DNA of 62,276 bases, the filler included, from Choristocarpus tenellus KU-1152 (Eukaryota > Protista > Phaeophyceae), in the NCBI GenBank assembly GCA_964200185.2. It is 12 parts of 12 records of this genome, joined end to end, with 100 filler letters (N's around TTAATTAATTAA, not from the genome) between each part and the next. Parts side by side here need not be neighbours in the genome. Positions count along the whole stretch, not along the records: positions 1 to 7,837 come from CAXNAD020005509.1; positions 7,938 to 10,658 come from CAXNAD020025314.1; positions 10,759 to 13,550 come from CAXNAD020024711.1; 9 more parts are not named here. One strand, 5' to 3'. Below, piece after piece: positions 1 to 13,650 of the stretch (the stretch's first letter is position 1; every line of letters starts with the position of its first letter). The notes beneath the pieces are model-generated. The model searched no databases. It worked only from the letters and a program-made list of their open reading frames with translations, and was not told the origin of the DNA. Both the position numbers and the translations under genes were made by a program.

Positions 1-144
1 GGAATGGAGGTGGGGGGGGGAGGGTAAGCGGTATGGATGATGTCAACGGGGGGAAGGGGAGGTGAGGAGAGGAAAGGGACAGGGACAGGGCGGGGTGAAC
101 GTCTGTTGGCTCCTAACCTATCTTCAACCGTATACTTCATTATT

Positions 145-375
145 GTTCTTACTAATATTGTTTCTTCTTAGTAATGTTTCTTACTAATATTGTTTCTTCT
201 TAGTAATGTTTCTTACTAATATTGTTTCTTACTAATATTGTTTCTTCTTACTAATAATGTTTCTTACTAATATTGTTTCTTACTAATATTGTTTCTTACT
301 AATATTGTTTCTTCTTACTAATAATGTTTCTTACTAATATTGTTTCTTACTAATATTTTTTCTTACTAATATTGC
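145..375. repeat. AT-rich minisatellite, 17-20 bp unit (TTCTTACTAATATTGT-type)
   Basis: About a dozen tandem variants visible directly. Confidence 0.9.
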
Positions 376-1526
376 TTCTGCTTCTGTTTCGGTAACAGTG
401 AGATAATATTTGCTCTAGTCTTCATTAATCACCTCACTTATAATTGTAATAAACTTGGGGCTGGCCTGATTGACCTAAGCAGTCATCACCTTGACCCCTA
501 CTGACCAGAATAGTTGTCATCCTGATTTGAACCTAATCTTGAACTCTCCATCTAATCGGCCTCTCCCCTTCATCTTAATCCGGGAATCCCTTGCCTCATG
601 ATTCTTACAACCCCTCACCCTGAGCAAAACTCTACCCTCTGAATGTAGCCCTTAGAAGTTGATGAGACCGTTCTCATGTTCTCAAATCGTTAGTAACGTG
701 ACTCTGAATTTATAGCAGGACAATACAATACAGACATTTTTGCAGCTGCCTTTGTGGCTTGTGTGAAGTACTGTGCACTCAAACCTGATTTTAGGAGTAG
801 CGCTACAGTGAGATTTTTAAACTTTTGCCTCTATTGGATAAGGTTAAAATGATCTCAGTTATCCACAACCCTAGGATACTGCATTGTATGGGACTACTTA
901 AAAAAGTAAACGTAAAATGTACAGCACACAAAATTTGCTCCTTGCCACCCAAGTAATGGGTCTTGTGTAGACCAATCAGACGATTGCTATCTGTGGAATT
1001 TTTTTTTCTTTTTCTCTCTCTTCCCCGGTGGTGTTCGGAACATATTTTGTGAATTGAGAGGTTACACCTAGTCCACCTAATCTTGTACACCACTTTTGAT
1101 GGGTGATTTGAGGGTCACCGTCCTACCCACTAATTCCTCTTGAACAGTATGTTTCTATGTAGTGTGGTAATAACTGTTTGCCTATGGTGTATGAAGTATC
1201 TTCCCACCTGTAGTGAATGGTATTGAGTTATCTTATAAACTAGACCTGGTCCGAAGTAGTGAGTATATTGACATTGGTGAGAAAATCCTTGTCATATCTG
1301 TGTACCCCTCTGCCATGTATTGCTCAGTCGCTAACGTTGTTTTGAAAATTTTAAAATAATAATAGACATATATTTTTTTAATAAGGTTGGGTGTTTGACA
1401 GAGATTGAGAAGATTCTTGTCGATGTGAAAATATGTAACTGGATCTGTACCTTTTTTTGGTAATGAACGGTAGCGCATCAAGGGTATAAATGTAGTGCAC
1501 AGTAGGGCACATACTCTTTCCTAAAA

Positions 1527-1555
1527 CCTAACCCTAACCCTAACCCTAACCCTAA
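1527..1555. repeat. Interstitial (CCCTAA)n telomere-like repeat
   Basis: About five tandem CCCTAA units; single and double units are also scattered through the window. Confidence 0.85.
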
Positions 1556-2497
1556 ATGGAAAATAAAAGTTGGACTTTGTTTTAAAAATCCTCATTCTTG
1601 GGATGTGTGAAGAGTTTCACGCAGAGTACATTGAATGCACTGAACTTGGAGCAATGATATACCTCTTGCAAATAGCTTTGATGACCTGTAACACTCTACT
1701 AATACCACATTACTGTTATTGTTCTATGTACCCTTACCTCTCCCCTAACCCATTAATTTTGTCAGCATGAGTTAGACCCTCCACCATTTTCTGCTTGTCC
1801 TGAACAGCGGCGAGGCTTTTTTTTTTTCTTGTCACCCTAAACCCTGACAAGAAAAGATGTACCCTCAGCTCTCACAGTTGGAGTACCTCATTGACTAGTT
1901 TGAATCTATGATTTTTTTTATGATGGTGATGAATTAACGCTCAGGTTGGGTCAGATGGCTCCGCTTGGCGCTGGGGGGTATGGGGGAGGTTACGGGGGAC
2001 AGCACAGTGGGTATGGTAGCTTTTCTTCAACAAGGGACAGGGACAGGTGAGAATAGAATTGGAGTCATGCACAGGCAGTGACTAAGGGTATGGGGAATAG
2101 GGAGTTACAAACCCATACATATTTTCTACGTTTGATTAATGATACGCGTTTGTAGAGAGTGGTTATCGTGGGGTTTATGTTGTCTTACATTTTGAGATTG
2201 TGTGCTACAGGGGTAAAAGCGACTTTTTGATCGCATGTGTACGGTTTGGTACAGTTCGAGAGGAGGTGCAGTGACACTAGTGAGACTAAGATAGCAATGC
2301 TGTAAGTATTGCTTATTGTTTTCTCATCACCCAATTGCAGAACCCTAACCCTGATTAGGTAACCCTGATTAAGAACATGGCAACAACAATCAATAGTAGA
2401 GAATAGAAAAGGGTTCACCTGTGCAGTGGTCATGTGTATGATGTATTTTTATTTATGAGAAGAAACATCTCAGAAGGTTGCTGCCTATCACCTCACC

Positions 2498-2537
<40 letters not shown>

Positions 2538-2641
2538 TCTTTTTCTTCCTTTTTTTTTTTATTTACTCTTTTTCTCGTGTATAATNNNNNNNNNNCACTC
2601 TCGGGGGGGGGGGGGTGGCGGCGGTCTCCCTCCCCCCTTTC

Positions 2642-2672
<31 letters not shown>

Positions 2673-2770
2673 TGGTTTCATTTGCTTCAATTGATGTCAT
2701 ATTGTAAGGTTCACTTTCTCGTGCACTTGTAAATAAGTAGACACTGATTTCAGATCCTTTGTTATGTCAG

Positions 2771-5700
2771 GGGTTCTGGTCATCATCACAGTGGAAGTGC
2801 AGGTGGAGGAGGAGGAGGAGGAGGAGGAGGAGCTGGGACTACAAGTGGCACAGCAGGGATGGCAACAACAGCATCTGCAGGCACAGGGGCAGGCACAGGA
2901 GCAGCAGCGTCAGGAGGGGATCCTCCTGAGGAAGATGTCGAGGAGGATGCTCCTGATCCCATGGCCGACAATCATCTCTATGGCATCTTGGAGGCGTTAT
3001 TGGACATGAGGCGAGAAAAGCCAGAGCATTTTAATGCAAGATATTTCCACCGTCTAATGCACCCACTGCTACTACTGTTTGGTGGTGGTGGTTCTGGGAA
3101 TGGGGGATTTTGAGGTCCACGTGTCTTCCTGATCATTAGTGTTTCGTCATGGGGATACTGTCAAGGTCGAGGGGGGATGATGCTTGAGACGGGTGGAGAG
3201 ATATGAATAGCAGCTCATTTGCAGGAATAATGCAATGGCAGTTTCACCTTGGGTGGCGCTTTTGTCGGTTTCATCTTGACCGTCATGGCCTGGGCAACTG
3301 TCTGTTGACTTTGCTTGCTCAAGGTCTCCAGTTCTAAAAACGGAATTGAGCTGCTTTGTTTTTAAGAGCTGGATTTATTTTATTTTCTGGAAGAATGTAA
3401 CTGCCATACTGGGCTTGGTGTTATGCTTGGGGATTTGTCCACCTTTTTTTAAATCTCTAATTGTATATCGATGTTATGAAGAGAGAGGACCTGTGTGTGC
3501 CACAAGAGACTACAGTGCAGGCATGCAGGCTACGGGTGGGAGTGATGTTTCTTATTTTATTAAGGTTAACTCCTACACGCCTCGACTGGTGATGGAACTC
3601 CTGGCGGTGTCACGTCTCATCTGCAGAACGAGGATGGTGGAGTGTCTATCTATCTGGAACAGAACACCTGCTCCATATTGCGGAATGCCTCTAATGTCCT
3701 TCCCTGTCATGTCATGTTCAATCTGTTCTACTCTGTGGCAAGAGAGAGAGAGAGAGATGAATCAAAGGGGTGTACCAGAAAGGCTAAGAAGAAAATGAAT
3801 GTGTACGCCTGTGTGCAAGTATGTGTGCATGCGTTAAATCTAGAACCTAGTGTTGGTGCGATGTTGAAGCTCCGAATGTTACATATTTTTTTACTTTAAA
3901 AAATATTTATCCTGCGTGAGTAGAGTGCTTCGATTCCCCTACCTCTTTTTCTATGTTGCTACTCCTCTGACCTTTGTATGTGTGTAGTCATATCTTGAGA
4001 GTACTCCCCTCTTATTTTGTTGTACGGTTAGTTTGAGTTGTGTGTTATGTTAAGTTGTGTTGTGTTGTGTTGTGTTGTGTTTGTTGTGCTTCCTAGTACT
4101 GAAGGAGGATTTTGGGGGTTAGTTGTAGTTTTTACTTTGCTTTTGCTCTACTTTAGTCAACTATACTCTATTTCACTTAAATTCCACTTGCTTTGCGTCA
4201 CTTTACTTCAGTCTACTATAGTTTACTCCACTTTGGAATTATGACTGTATTTGGTGCAAGTGTCTCACATGTGTAAGATAGCGGTATTAACAGAACTAAT
4301 TCGCTCTTCTCATATCGCTGTTGCCTTTTTCACATGTCACGTCTTCATGTTTTTTCATTTCTAAGGAGGTTGGTTGTGCTGGTTGAGAGAGGCAGCCTTG
4401 CATGGCTTGGTGCTGCATCATGTTGAATGTTGACCACACGACCACACTCAACCCACCCTTCATTGAAATTGCCCTCTTCGCCCACCCTCTGTCTGCTAAT
4501 TGTCACTGCTATGACCTTGACCCCTAACCTTAGCTGTAACCCCTCAAAAATGTGTAACTGTTTTTGTGTTACGTTGTCCAGAGCATGGAGCAAGACGAGG
4601 GAGTTATTAGGGTTGCTGGAGGCGGCAGGGGTGGACCCTGCACGGGACTTGTCCGTAAGAGAGGCACTGAAGAACATGATCAGGGACATGTTGGAGGCCG
4701 TGTATGAACTGGCCAAGCCAAGGGCACTGGTATGTGGTACAACAGTGGTTGTATCTGTTGGTGGAGTGGGTGTGCATTGTGTGGATGCAAGAGTGAACAG
4801 TGTTAAGATGGGATTGGGGGTGTGAATAGGCGGTGTGTGGTAGGGGGATGTAAGTATAGTTTTAGGGCTGTGGTTTGTGGCAAGGTAGGGTGAGTGGGTT
4901 AGGTTAACACTCTAGTAGGGAGTACTGTAGGAGAGGCAGAATTCACCTGTGTGTTGATTTTGTGGAAAATATTGTGGGTTTATTTGTCAGCCAGTTCTGT
5001 ATGTTTATGTGCACCAGTCAGAGAGAATGCTTTCTCCTATGTATTTGTCCCGAGTCCGGTTTGTGTTTGTGTTCTATTTGGACTTTTTTTTTTGTTGGAG
5101 GTGTTCTAAAGAGTGCATTTTTTGTCTGTAGGCTCCACTCATCTCCGTGAAAAAATGTTCTGTTATCGTTTTTTTTTTTTCTGGATTATTTTTTGAATCG
5201 CTACAATTTTTTTTCTTTCAAGTCGTGATTAGTGTTTAAGATAAAAGAATTGGAGGTCATTTTTTTTTTATTGGTTGTTGTACTCTTGTGGGTGTGTGTG
5301 CTGTGTACTTTGCTTGTGGATTCCTGCTGCACTCGAGACTTTTCCCACAGTTTGTTTATGATAGAGAACGTTGAATTTTTTTTGGGGGGGAGGTCTAATT
5401 TTGGTTTCAGTGATAAATTGCTTTTGATCTGCATCACAGACTGTCCTGTGAAGGTTAAGGGAGGGAGGAGGTTTGATGAAAAGAAGGCTCTTTTTTTTTC
5501 TTCTATTTGTAGTACCTTTCATATAGTTGCTTGATTTCTAGAATGAAGGTTAGGGTTGAACAGAAGTCGATTTTGGTCCTGAGAATAAATTTGGCATCTG
5601 CTTTAGAGAGTGCCATTGCGTGTTTTGAGTCACTATAGGGGACATACTTGTACTCATACGCTAGGATGAGGTTAGTAATTGTAGGATGTGTGGCTTAGGG

Positions 5701-7260
5701 ATAGGGTTAGTTAGTACTAGGGAATGCTAACAATGAATGTGTTTGGATCGCTACATACTGTCACTCTGAGCAGGAAGCTGGCACTCAGGAATCCCAGCTT
5801 GTGGAGCTACGATTTCGCTCTGTACCTTCCAAGAGCAAGGGAAATAATGTGGGGAAGGTTGGTAAAGGTGACTCCCCTATGGACATGGATGATGGGAAGA
5901 AAAGGGTTAGGGAGGAAGGAGAGGAGGCCATTGAAGCCGGGGAGGTATTGGCAATTCCTGAGGTGGGTGGGGGTCTCTTAGGTGTGTGGGTGGAGACAGG
6001 CAAGACATGAGCAGGCATGATGAAGAAGTGGTGAAAGAGGTGTTGTTATTGTTGTTGTAGGTGTTGTTTGTGTTTTTTTGGATTGTTTATTTTTTTTGTT
6101 TTTGTTTTCATTGCTTTGATGCTGGTTTTTGTGTGGTGGCGTGTAGGGTTAGGGTTTTATTTTGGATTAGGGTTAGCTTTATTTTATAGTATGCGCAGAC
6201 AGGCGTACGCATGTACATGGATGGTTGTGTCTGATTTTAGGCAGTTGATAGTACACAGGTGTATGGTGCAGACCTAAGACATAATGGGATGTGGTGCTGT
6301 TAGGGGTCGTCTTTCTGGCAGGGGGGTTGTTGGTAGATACGATATGATTCGATTCAGTATGATGCTATGATTCTATTATACTATGATACTACTACTGTTG
6401 AATAACTTCCATTTTGTGGGATGATGGTTTGGGTTAGAGTGCTTTGTGTTTTTCTGGTATGTGTATGTGGGGAGGTTAGGCTAATGCGTTAGATTGTTGT
6501 GGTGAGGGTTTGTGATTAGGAGAGGGGTTAGGTAAGGATAACTTTGGGGTTGATTGGTTTTAGAGGGTTTGAGGATTGTGGACTATGTCTTTGTGCTAGG
6601 AGGTTTGTGTGTGATTTTGGCATGTGCCCGATGCTTGAGATATATATTTAAGACTACAGTAGGGTAATTTATATGTGGGGGGAGCTAAAGGAATAGACTT
6701 GTGCCCTCAATCACTGGCTCTATCCACCTCTTCTCACATGTTTTATTTTTATTTTTGCATTGTATTGAAGTATCTGCAGTGTGTAGCATGCATGCCTGGA
6801 TGTCCTTTCTTTCACTCCTTTTTGTTGGTGCTGTTTTTGACATCTTGGGAAGTCAGTCAGGTAGATGACAAAAGTAATCTGATATTTTAAAATTCATTCC
6901 CTAAGCACAATCATGTTCCAAGAGCTATAGTCCCTCATTTAACTTGCCTGCAAATATCCTATTCCCCTTGCACATCCCCTGAGCCACAGTTGCTAGTGTT
7001 TCCACCCCCTCCCATCCTGTCCACCTTTTTGGAATAACTTGTTTTCTCTTATGAACATGCAGGCAAGCAAGAATCGCTTGAGCTCCCCATCCCCATCCCG
7101 AAATTCGTCAGAAACGGTAGTGATACCTATCACAGACCTCCCAGGTTATGGGATTGGGTTTTCTAGGGTGGAGGCATTGGATGATGCAGTGGAGGGCTTG
7201 GCTGCCCCCCTAAAAGCACTGGGGCCGTACCTTGGGAATGATGCCATCCTCCTGGCCAAG
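2771..7260 (+). CDS. THOC2: THO complex subunit 2, internal fragment. Exons 2771-3010, 4582-4729, 5774-5962, 7063-7260; possible further exon ~1945-2010
   Basis: Spliced peptide DNHLYGILEALLDMRAWSKTRELLGLL...EALKNMIRDMLEAVY and ALGPYLGNDAILLAK match remembered THOC2 motifs (DNQKLGLLEALLKIGDW; LGPHLSHDPILFAKV). Intron phases are compatible, with a GC donor at 3011. Confidence 0.8.
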
Positions 7261-7837
7261 GTTAGACCGTCAGAGGGAGAGGAAAGGGTGTTGCATTGTG
7301 CTCAAGAAGTGGTTCGATTTTGCATGTTGTTTATCTGATTCTGCTGACTGAAAGCTCCTTCTGTTCTGTTGAAATATGCAGGGTTGTGTTTTTTGAGAGG
7401 GGTGGAGGGGTCCCAATTATGATATATGATTGACAGAGATGTTATATAGTTGGATTGTACGGTTGTTGATCAGAGGGAAAATTCTTACTAATATTGCACA
7501 GTGTTGTGTGCACAGACTGTTGTGTATTTGTGAGATTTTTTTTTGTGATATGCCATGATTTTATTATGATTTGTTTTTTTTGTATCTAGTGTGTTTTCAA
7601 TTTCAAGTTCAAGTAGGTTTGAAAAAAACTGATGCATTTTTGCGTGTTGTTTTTGTTGATTGTAAATCACCTATGTAGAGGTAGTGGTATAGTCCTGTCG
7701 AGATGAGGAGATAAGTTTAGAGAAGAGATAAGAGTAAGCGGAACGGTGGAACTCCTAGTGAAATAAGCCAATGATGGTATGAAGCATTGAGTATATACCG
7801 TTAACAGTGTATATATATATACATCCATACATGTATG

Positions 7838-7937
7838 NNNNNNNNNNNNNNNNNNNNNNNNNNNNNNNNNNNNNNNNNNNNTTAATTAATTAANNNNNNN
7901 NNNNNNNNNNNNNNNNNNNNNNNNNNNNNNNNNNNNN
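7838..7937. other. Artificial contig-joining linker (N44-TTAATTAATTAA-N44). Identical linkers at 10659-10758, 13551-13650, 20447-20546, 28691-28790, 34031-34130, 37461-37560, 40541-40640, 49300-49399, 54664-54763, 58152-58251
   Basis: Eleven identical 100-bp spacers, each with a six-frame stop cassette. A separate 10-N scaffold gap lies at 2586-2595. Confidence 0.98.
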
Positions 7938-9060
7938 AAGATATTTTGACTTTGATCATTACTCACACTTATGGATGTCCCCGAATCAAAGCACCACCTC
8001 TCTAATCCAGACACTCTCACCTTATTGTGATCGGCTACAGCAGCCAATGTAGCCTTGAATCTCCTTCCTCTATTTATCCTTGCAAGCTCCAACCCTGGCC
8101 CAGCCAATCTTCCGCCTGTTTAGACAGGGGCCCTCCCCTGGTGACAAACGTACTGCAGGTGTCCTTTCCCCCCACTGTTGAGACACAGTCCTTCAAATGA
8201 ACGAGGAATTATATGCTTGAGCAGTCCGCAATCGAAACATCTTTCACGGTTCTTGATTTCAAACATGGAGCGGGATCCTGTTATACCAAGGTTCACACAA
8301 AAACTAGTTGCGCTGTGGCCACCTCCTCGGTTGGCCTTCAGTGCCCTCGTGGTTAAAGCGCTCCCCGGTTCTCCATCACGGATCACAGTCCTTGCGGCTA
8401 GAGCACTCCCAGGCTCTCGTGGTTCCCTGCCTCTCATTTGAGGGAAAATATCTTGAACAAGCAGTTCGTTGTATGGTTGCTCTCATCGGTTCTCCACTAG
8501 TATGATGTTGTAAGTGGTGTTTGGTGACCTGATATCATCATCCAAACAATCCAGCACAGCAATTTGTGGGACTTGTGACATTTTGTGCCCCATCATAGCC
8601 ATCTGTCCAACCCAGTCCTTCGTAGTAGTGAAGGTGATCTGGGGGTCTGACCCTCTAGGCCTCTAAACAGTCATCACCAACTTCTGCAGTCTAGCAATTT
8701 CCTCATCAAACTAATTTCTTCCACAGAAGGTGAAATTGTATTGTGGACGACGTAGAAGCTGCTGGTGCTCCTTAACAGGACGTCAGATGCTTTCTTGGCC
8801 TTGACAACCTCATCTTCACTCACTCCTTCCCTCTTAGTGAAGTTTACGTTGCTCACCTGAAGAGGGTACTCCCTATTCTCCAGAGCTTGATCAATATTGC
8901 TCTTTATACCCAATAAAGCACACGTCGTGGCAAACCAGTCAGCATAATTGTTTTCAGACAAATGAAGGAGTTTGCTGTGAAGACCGTCAAGGTCGTAAGT
9001 GATGTTACCCACCCAAGCCACTCCAGCTCCAGCTGCGCCTCCTCTAGCTAGAGTATGTTG
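7938..9060 (-). mobile_element. Degenerate Ty1/Copia LTR retrotransposon gag-protease fragment
   Basis: Minus-strand motifs in Copia order: gag N-terminal LSENNYADW, zinc-knuckle remnants (CFDCGLLKH, CLNSGGKGHLQYVC), protease WCFDSGTSISVSND. Interrupted by stops and frameshifts. Confidence 0.75.
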
Positions 9061-9075
9061 GCATGGTGCGTTTAA

Positions 9076-9335
9076 GAACGAAAGTATCTTAGAGGGTAGA
9101 GCCGCGTCCATTTGAAGCCCAAATTCCAACGTTGCGATTTCGATGTAATTTTGGCTATCGTATTTGTTAGGAAGAGTGTCAATATCCTTGTTCCGGTCGC
9201 ACCTTTTCATGACACTTACATTGTACCTACTCCGAAAAAAATGGAGTAGGAAAATGTCATTAAATAAAAACAAGGGAAGGCAAGTCTCAAACGGACAAAA
9301 GGGCAAAACTCTTACCCTCTAAGATACTTTCACTA
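9076..9335 (-). mobile_element. MITE family A, copy 1 (~260 bp), TTAA TSD
   Basis: TIR core AAAGTATCTTAGAGGGTA...TACCCTCTAAGATACTTT, flanked by TTAA on both sides (9072-9075, 9336-9339). Homologous, in reverse orientation, to 36364-36619 and 57792-58048. Confidence 0.9.
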
Positions 9336-12300
9336 TTAAGTGTATTGAATAGCTTGGCGTAGGAAAGGCTTGTCACTATGAGCTGCTGGTGGGTTACATG
9401 GTGAACATGCACTGCTTCTTATCTGATGAGCTTCTGTCTTAGCCATCCATTTCCTGAGGTATTTCCAACGACTGACTCATCATACTACTATGTACATTAC
9501 TACTCTATATTGTACCGAACTGAAGATTAACGTACATTAAACTGTTACTATGTTTGAGTATGCTTGTATAAGCACACACAATGTGAGCAAAACATTAGTT
9601 ATTGCAACATGTTTCCACAGTCGTTTCCATTTTTAAGAGGGTTTTGTGAACTAGGGGGTGTTATGCCACTCGCTCCCTCGGTCGCAAGACACTGCCTGTG
9701 ACGGTTGAGGGGCACGTATGCATGCTCTGGGTCTTTGTTGACTGTTTTTGGTGTTGAGTGTTTCCTACCAACAACAGGTGCAGCGGAGCTGGAGGAACTC
9801 TCGCTTTTGCCCATTTCCTCATTCCAATTTCTATTCATCAATCGTGAGCCCTGATCTATCAACATCATATGCCCCACCAGACCGAGCATGTCAGTCTCAA
9901 CCATTCCCTCTCTTCTCTTGCTCTGTTTCCTAAGTTGTTTCCCTACGGAGAAAACCACCAGATGCATTTTGAACAGGATGTGTCACAGGGGTTACGGTAC
10001 TTCTTTACTTCCTTGGTAGCTGAGACATTGCTAGTACCTGTTGTGTGGTATGTATACGAAACTCTAGGCGGTCTGGGTTTACCTGTTTTCGGTGTTGAGG
10101 GACAAGAAGCTCTTGGTGAGGGCTTTGTATGGGTAGGCCGGGTGTAAAAAAAATATTACCGTACAGCCATAGATGAAATGTTCTGCTATGGTGATCACTT
10201 ACTCAACATGACTGGGGTCCGTACGGGTCAAGAACCAAGTTCGAACATGACTGAGTCCATAGTCATTGACCGATTCAACATGACCGGGCCAATGACCGAC
10301 ATAGGACATGCTAACTCTCCAAGTCAATAAAAAAGCCCAGAAAAATACGCCACAACAGACAGTTGATACGTGTAGATCAGATTGATGGGTCTTCAAAATT
10401 ACTGACTTGAAAATAACGTAATATATTAATAGTTGGCTCGATGTACGCCAAACAATATGTGTGCAGATGCTGGAACTGCTCCCTACAGGGACAAAGGTCT
10501 CCTCCTGGACATCACCGTCGCAGAGGTACAGGCCACCTCCCACCTCACCCATTCTCCTGCCAGCAATGGTATAGTTGCTGCTGCAGCTGAGGCGTGAAAG
10601 CGCACCCACTACTAGGGCTCCTTTGATCCCCGTAGTTATAACCTCAACACCTTTGCGGNNNNNNNNNNNNNNNNNNNNNNNNNNNNNNNNNNNNNNNNNN
10701 NNTTAATTAATTAANNNNNNNNNNNNNNNNNNNNNNNNNNNNNNNNNNNNNNNNNNNNTATAGTACATCCGGATTATGTATGGGATTATGTATTGGTATG
10801 TATTCCACATTCCAACTACTTTGACATAACCGTTGACTTAGGTAGGAAGCACAAATAAATAATAAACAAGAAATAAGAAGACACCCCACAAAGGACTCTT
10901 CTAATTTCAACCATGTAATCATGTTCAGCAAAGGGGGTCGTGTGAGGCTTCACATCTTCTTATCTTTAGCATTTCCTCCCAAGGTAAATTTGCACAAGAT
11001 GTACACATCCTGGCAAGCCGTATTTTTGTAGTCCTCGTTGGCATTTCCAAGTTGTACCTTCCAGTCAAGACTTTTGGAGCTGAGTCAATATCTGGTCGAA
11101 TGAGTTGGCTGCTAAGACATAGGCTACTACTAACCCTTTCTTGATATGATAGAGTACCACCAGCTCGCCCTGACCGTTGATTGGTCCACTGGACTGGTCG
11201 ATATTGTCATTTTTGCATTCCCAACTCATCATCACAACAATATCAATACCTGTTAGAACAACGATTACATAGAACCACAAGATCAGTCGATACTCATCAC
11301 ACCGACAGGGATAGCATAAGTTACCAGAGTTACATCAGATATTGATTCAAGTGTGTTCTTCTGATACTTTTTCTTTTTGTCATCTTCTTCTTAACAGAAG
11401 AAGACCCCCCTGCACGTTAATTGTTGATTGTCATTGTCCCTCAAGTTCACTCTGCAATAAGTGTACCTGGTGCACACCTTGATGCCATATATTCAGACCT
11501 AAATCATCCACAGAAACCCTTGTCCGCCAAGGTAACAAGCCTCTTCTCAGAGCAAGAATTCTTCCTTTGAGTATCTCAAGAAGGAACACTGAATTCACAA
11601 CATCATTCTTGACTAAGCGATCGATGATCTCAGTCTCAACAGAACAAATTCATCGGTGCTTTGCAGTACTATGACTTCCCCTGGCATCACACACTACGTA
11701 TTTCACTCGAAAGCATGATTCATTCGATTCAGGGCTTAACGGGTTTATGAGCCTCACGTGATTCCCCTTCGCATCGCAGACTAGGCATTTCACTCGACAG
11801 TACAATTCATTCGATTCTCATGAGCCATTTGTTCCTTTTCTGTTTGTGTCTCCATCAGTTCAGGGACCATGTATTTTCGCCACAGAATGTCGTATAGACC
11901 TTTCCACCAGTGTAACGTAACCCGCCGTAGTCCCTGCTTCAAGTCGTTCTCCGTACCGTTGAGGCATGGATTGTTCAACTTTATACTGCCATTTGTGCAT
12001 AGAAAAAGAGAGAAAGAAATGGACGTCTCACACGATTCCCCTTTGTTGAATGCGATCACATTGTTCAAAAGGCAAGACTTATATTGTGCACGGCGGGGCT
12101 TGGTTTAGCACCTGTTATTTATAGAAAGAATCGCTAGGAAGAAGTGTGCAATATAGGCTAGGTAGTCTATAGAATGTTATGTGCTTAGTGACCAGTCCTG
12201 CACAATAGAAGCATTGACTGAGTAGAGTAAGTGTCAAGGACTTGTTTCCATATGTTTAGAATAACTGGTTCGAGTCTGGATGGATTGATTTCTGCTTTTG

Positions 12301-12387
12301 TCACAAGCACAAGTGACTGACGTAGTGTAACTGTGACAAATATATTTCTGACGTGTTTGCTGACGTACACAAGAGATAATAAGAGAG

Positions 12388-12465
12388 AGCACCGAGGGCA
12401 ATAGATAAAGCACCGAGGGCAATAGATAAAGCACCGAGGGCAATAGATAACGAGGCAGAGCACCC
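12388..12465. repeat. 21-bp tandem repeat AGCACCGAGGGCAATAGATAA, about 3 copies
   Basis: Seen directly. Confidence 0.9.
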
Positions 12466-13650
12466 CCCCATCTCGAGGGATGTGCTCACTCCGCTAATAA
12501 ACACATCCATACAGCATAATGAAAAGACTATTGGAAGAGCTCTCTTTTGCATAAGAAGTACTGACAATGTTTCAGAGAACTCAATCACGATATAGAAAAG
12601 GTGTCGAACATGTGAACATCTATCTACGATTTTTATTAGTAAGCCCTCTGACATTTTGTAGATGTGTCAGGGAGGAAACAAATGAAAACTCTATATATAT
12701 CAGTATAAGCCCTAAGGAAATAAAATATCATAAATGTGATAAATACTATAAAACACTATAAATGTGATAAACACTAATCTATTTGTTACCTCACCACTAT
12801 CAATATTGTACTACTGCCTTCCTGTGCTTCCAATCTACCTACTCCTGCGCCCCGGGGGAAGGAGCTAGGGAGGCCTCCCAATAATCCAATAAACCCCTCC
12901 GTGCTCATCTCCCTGGTGATTAATTGCCGAAAAATTTACCTGCTAAGGTATGAACTATTATCCCGAATACTTTTGGTTACATATTGCTGTAATTCATATC
13001 GTATTCCGCAAATAGCCGAAAATGTGGACATTTTAAGTGCTTCGACAAGTTTGTCGATACTAATGATGTGTTGGTCAGGTACCAGACGTTGCCAGGATGA
13101 GGTCAGATTCTGGTTGCTACGCAGTCCAAAGGATAGGATTTTGGGGGGTAGATTGCATGGAGGACAGGCTTCGAACGCCAAAAATCCCAAGGCATGATTA
13201 CTACTGTTGGCTATGAACACATGATGAGGGCTGAACTTGTTTGATGTAAGATATTCGTTGCCACTTTAAATATATCCAACAATTTGATCGCTTCGTGCAA
13301 AGGAACAGAAGGTGCGAAGTGCTCCAGTTCCACGGAAAGGTTAGCATGCCACTTTCTTAACTAGTGTTAAAATATACCGGAGTAAGTTACTAATCTTTTA
13401 TATGATTGATACTACACAGTACTGTTAGAACATTGAGTAAACGCTACTCTCGAGGGATCAAATCTCACTATGGTTACACATCTGTCAAAAGGCTAAACAC
13501 GTCGCCAGGATGCACAACTCGACCCAAAGTTTTTTTTTTTTTTGGGGGGGNNNNNNNNNNNNNNNNNNNNNNNNNNNNNNNNNNNNNNNNNNNNTTAATT
13601 AATTAANNNNNNNNNNNNNNNNNNNNNNNNNNNNNNNNNNNNNNNNNNNN

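Noticed and set aside
2434-2732. Poly-proline ORFs
   Set aside because: Translation of poly-C tracts around a scaffold gap.
3560-3720. Additional THOC2 exon
   Set aside because: The flanking exons already join in a conserved motif, and there is no recognisable similarity.
8674-9306. 210-aa ORF as a real gene
   Set aside because: It is chimeric: the first ~75 codons are MITE sequence read into Copia gag.
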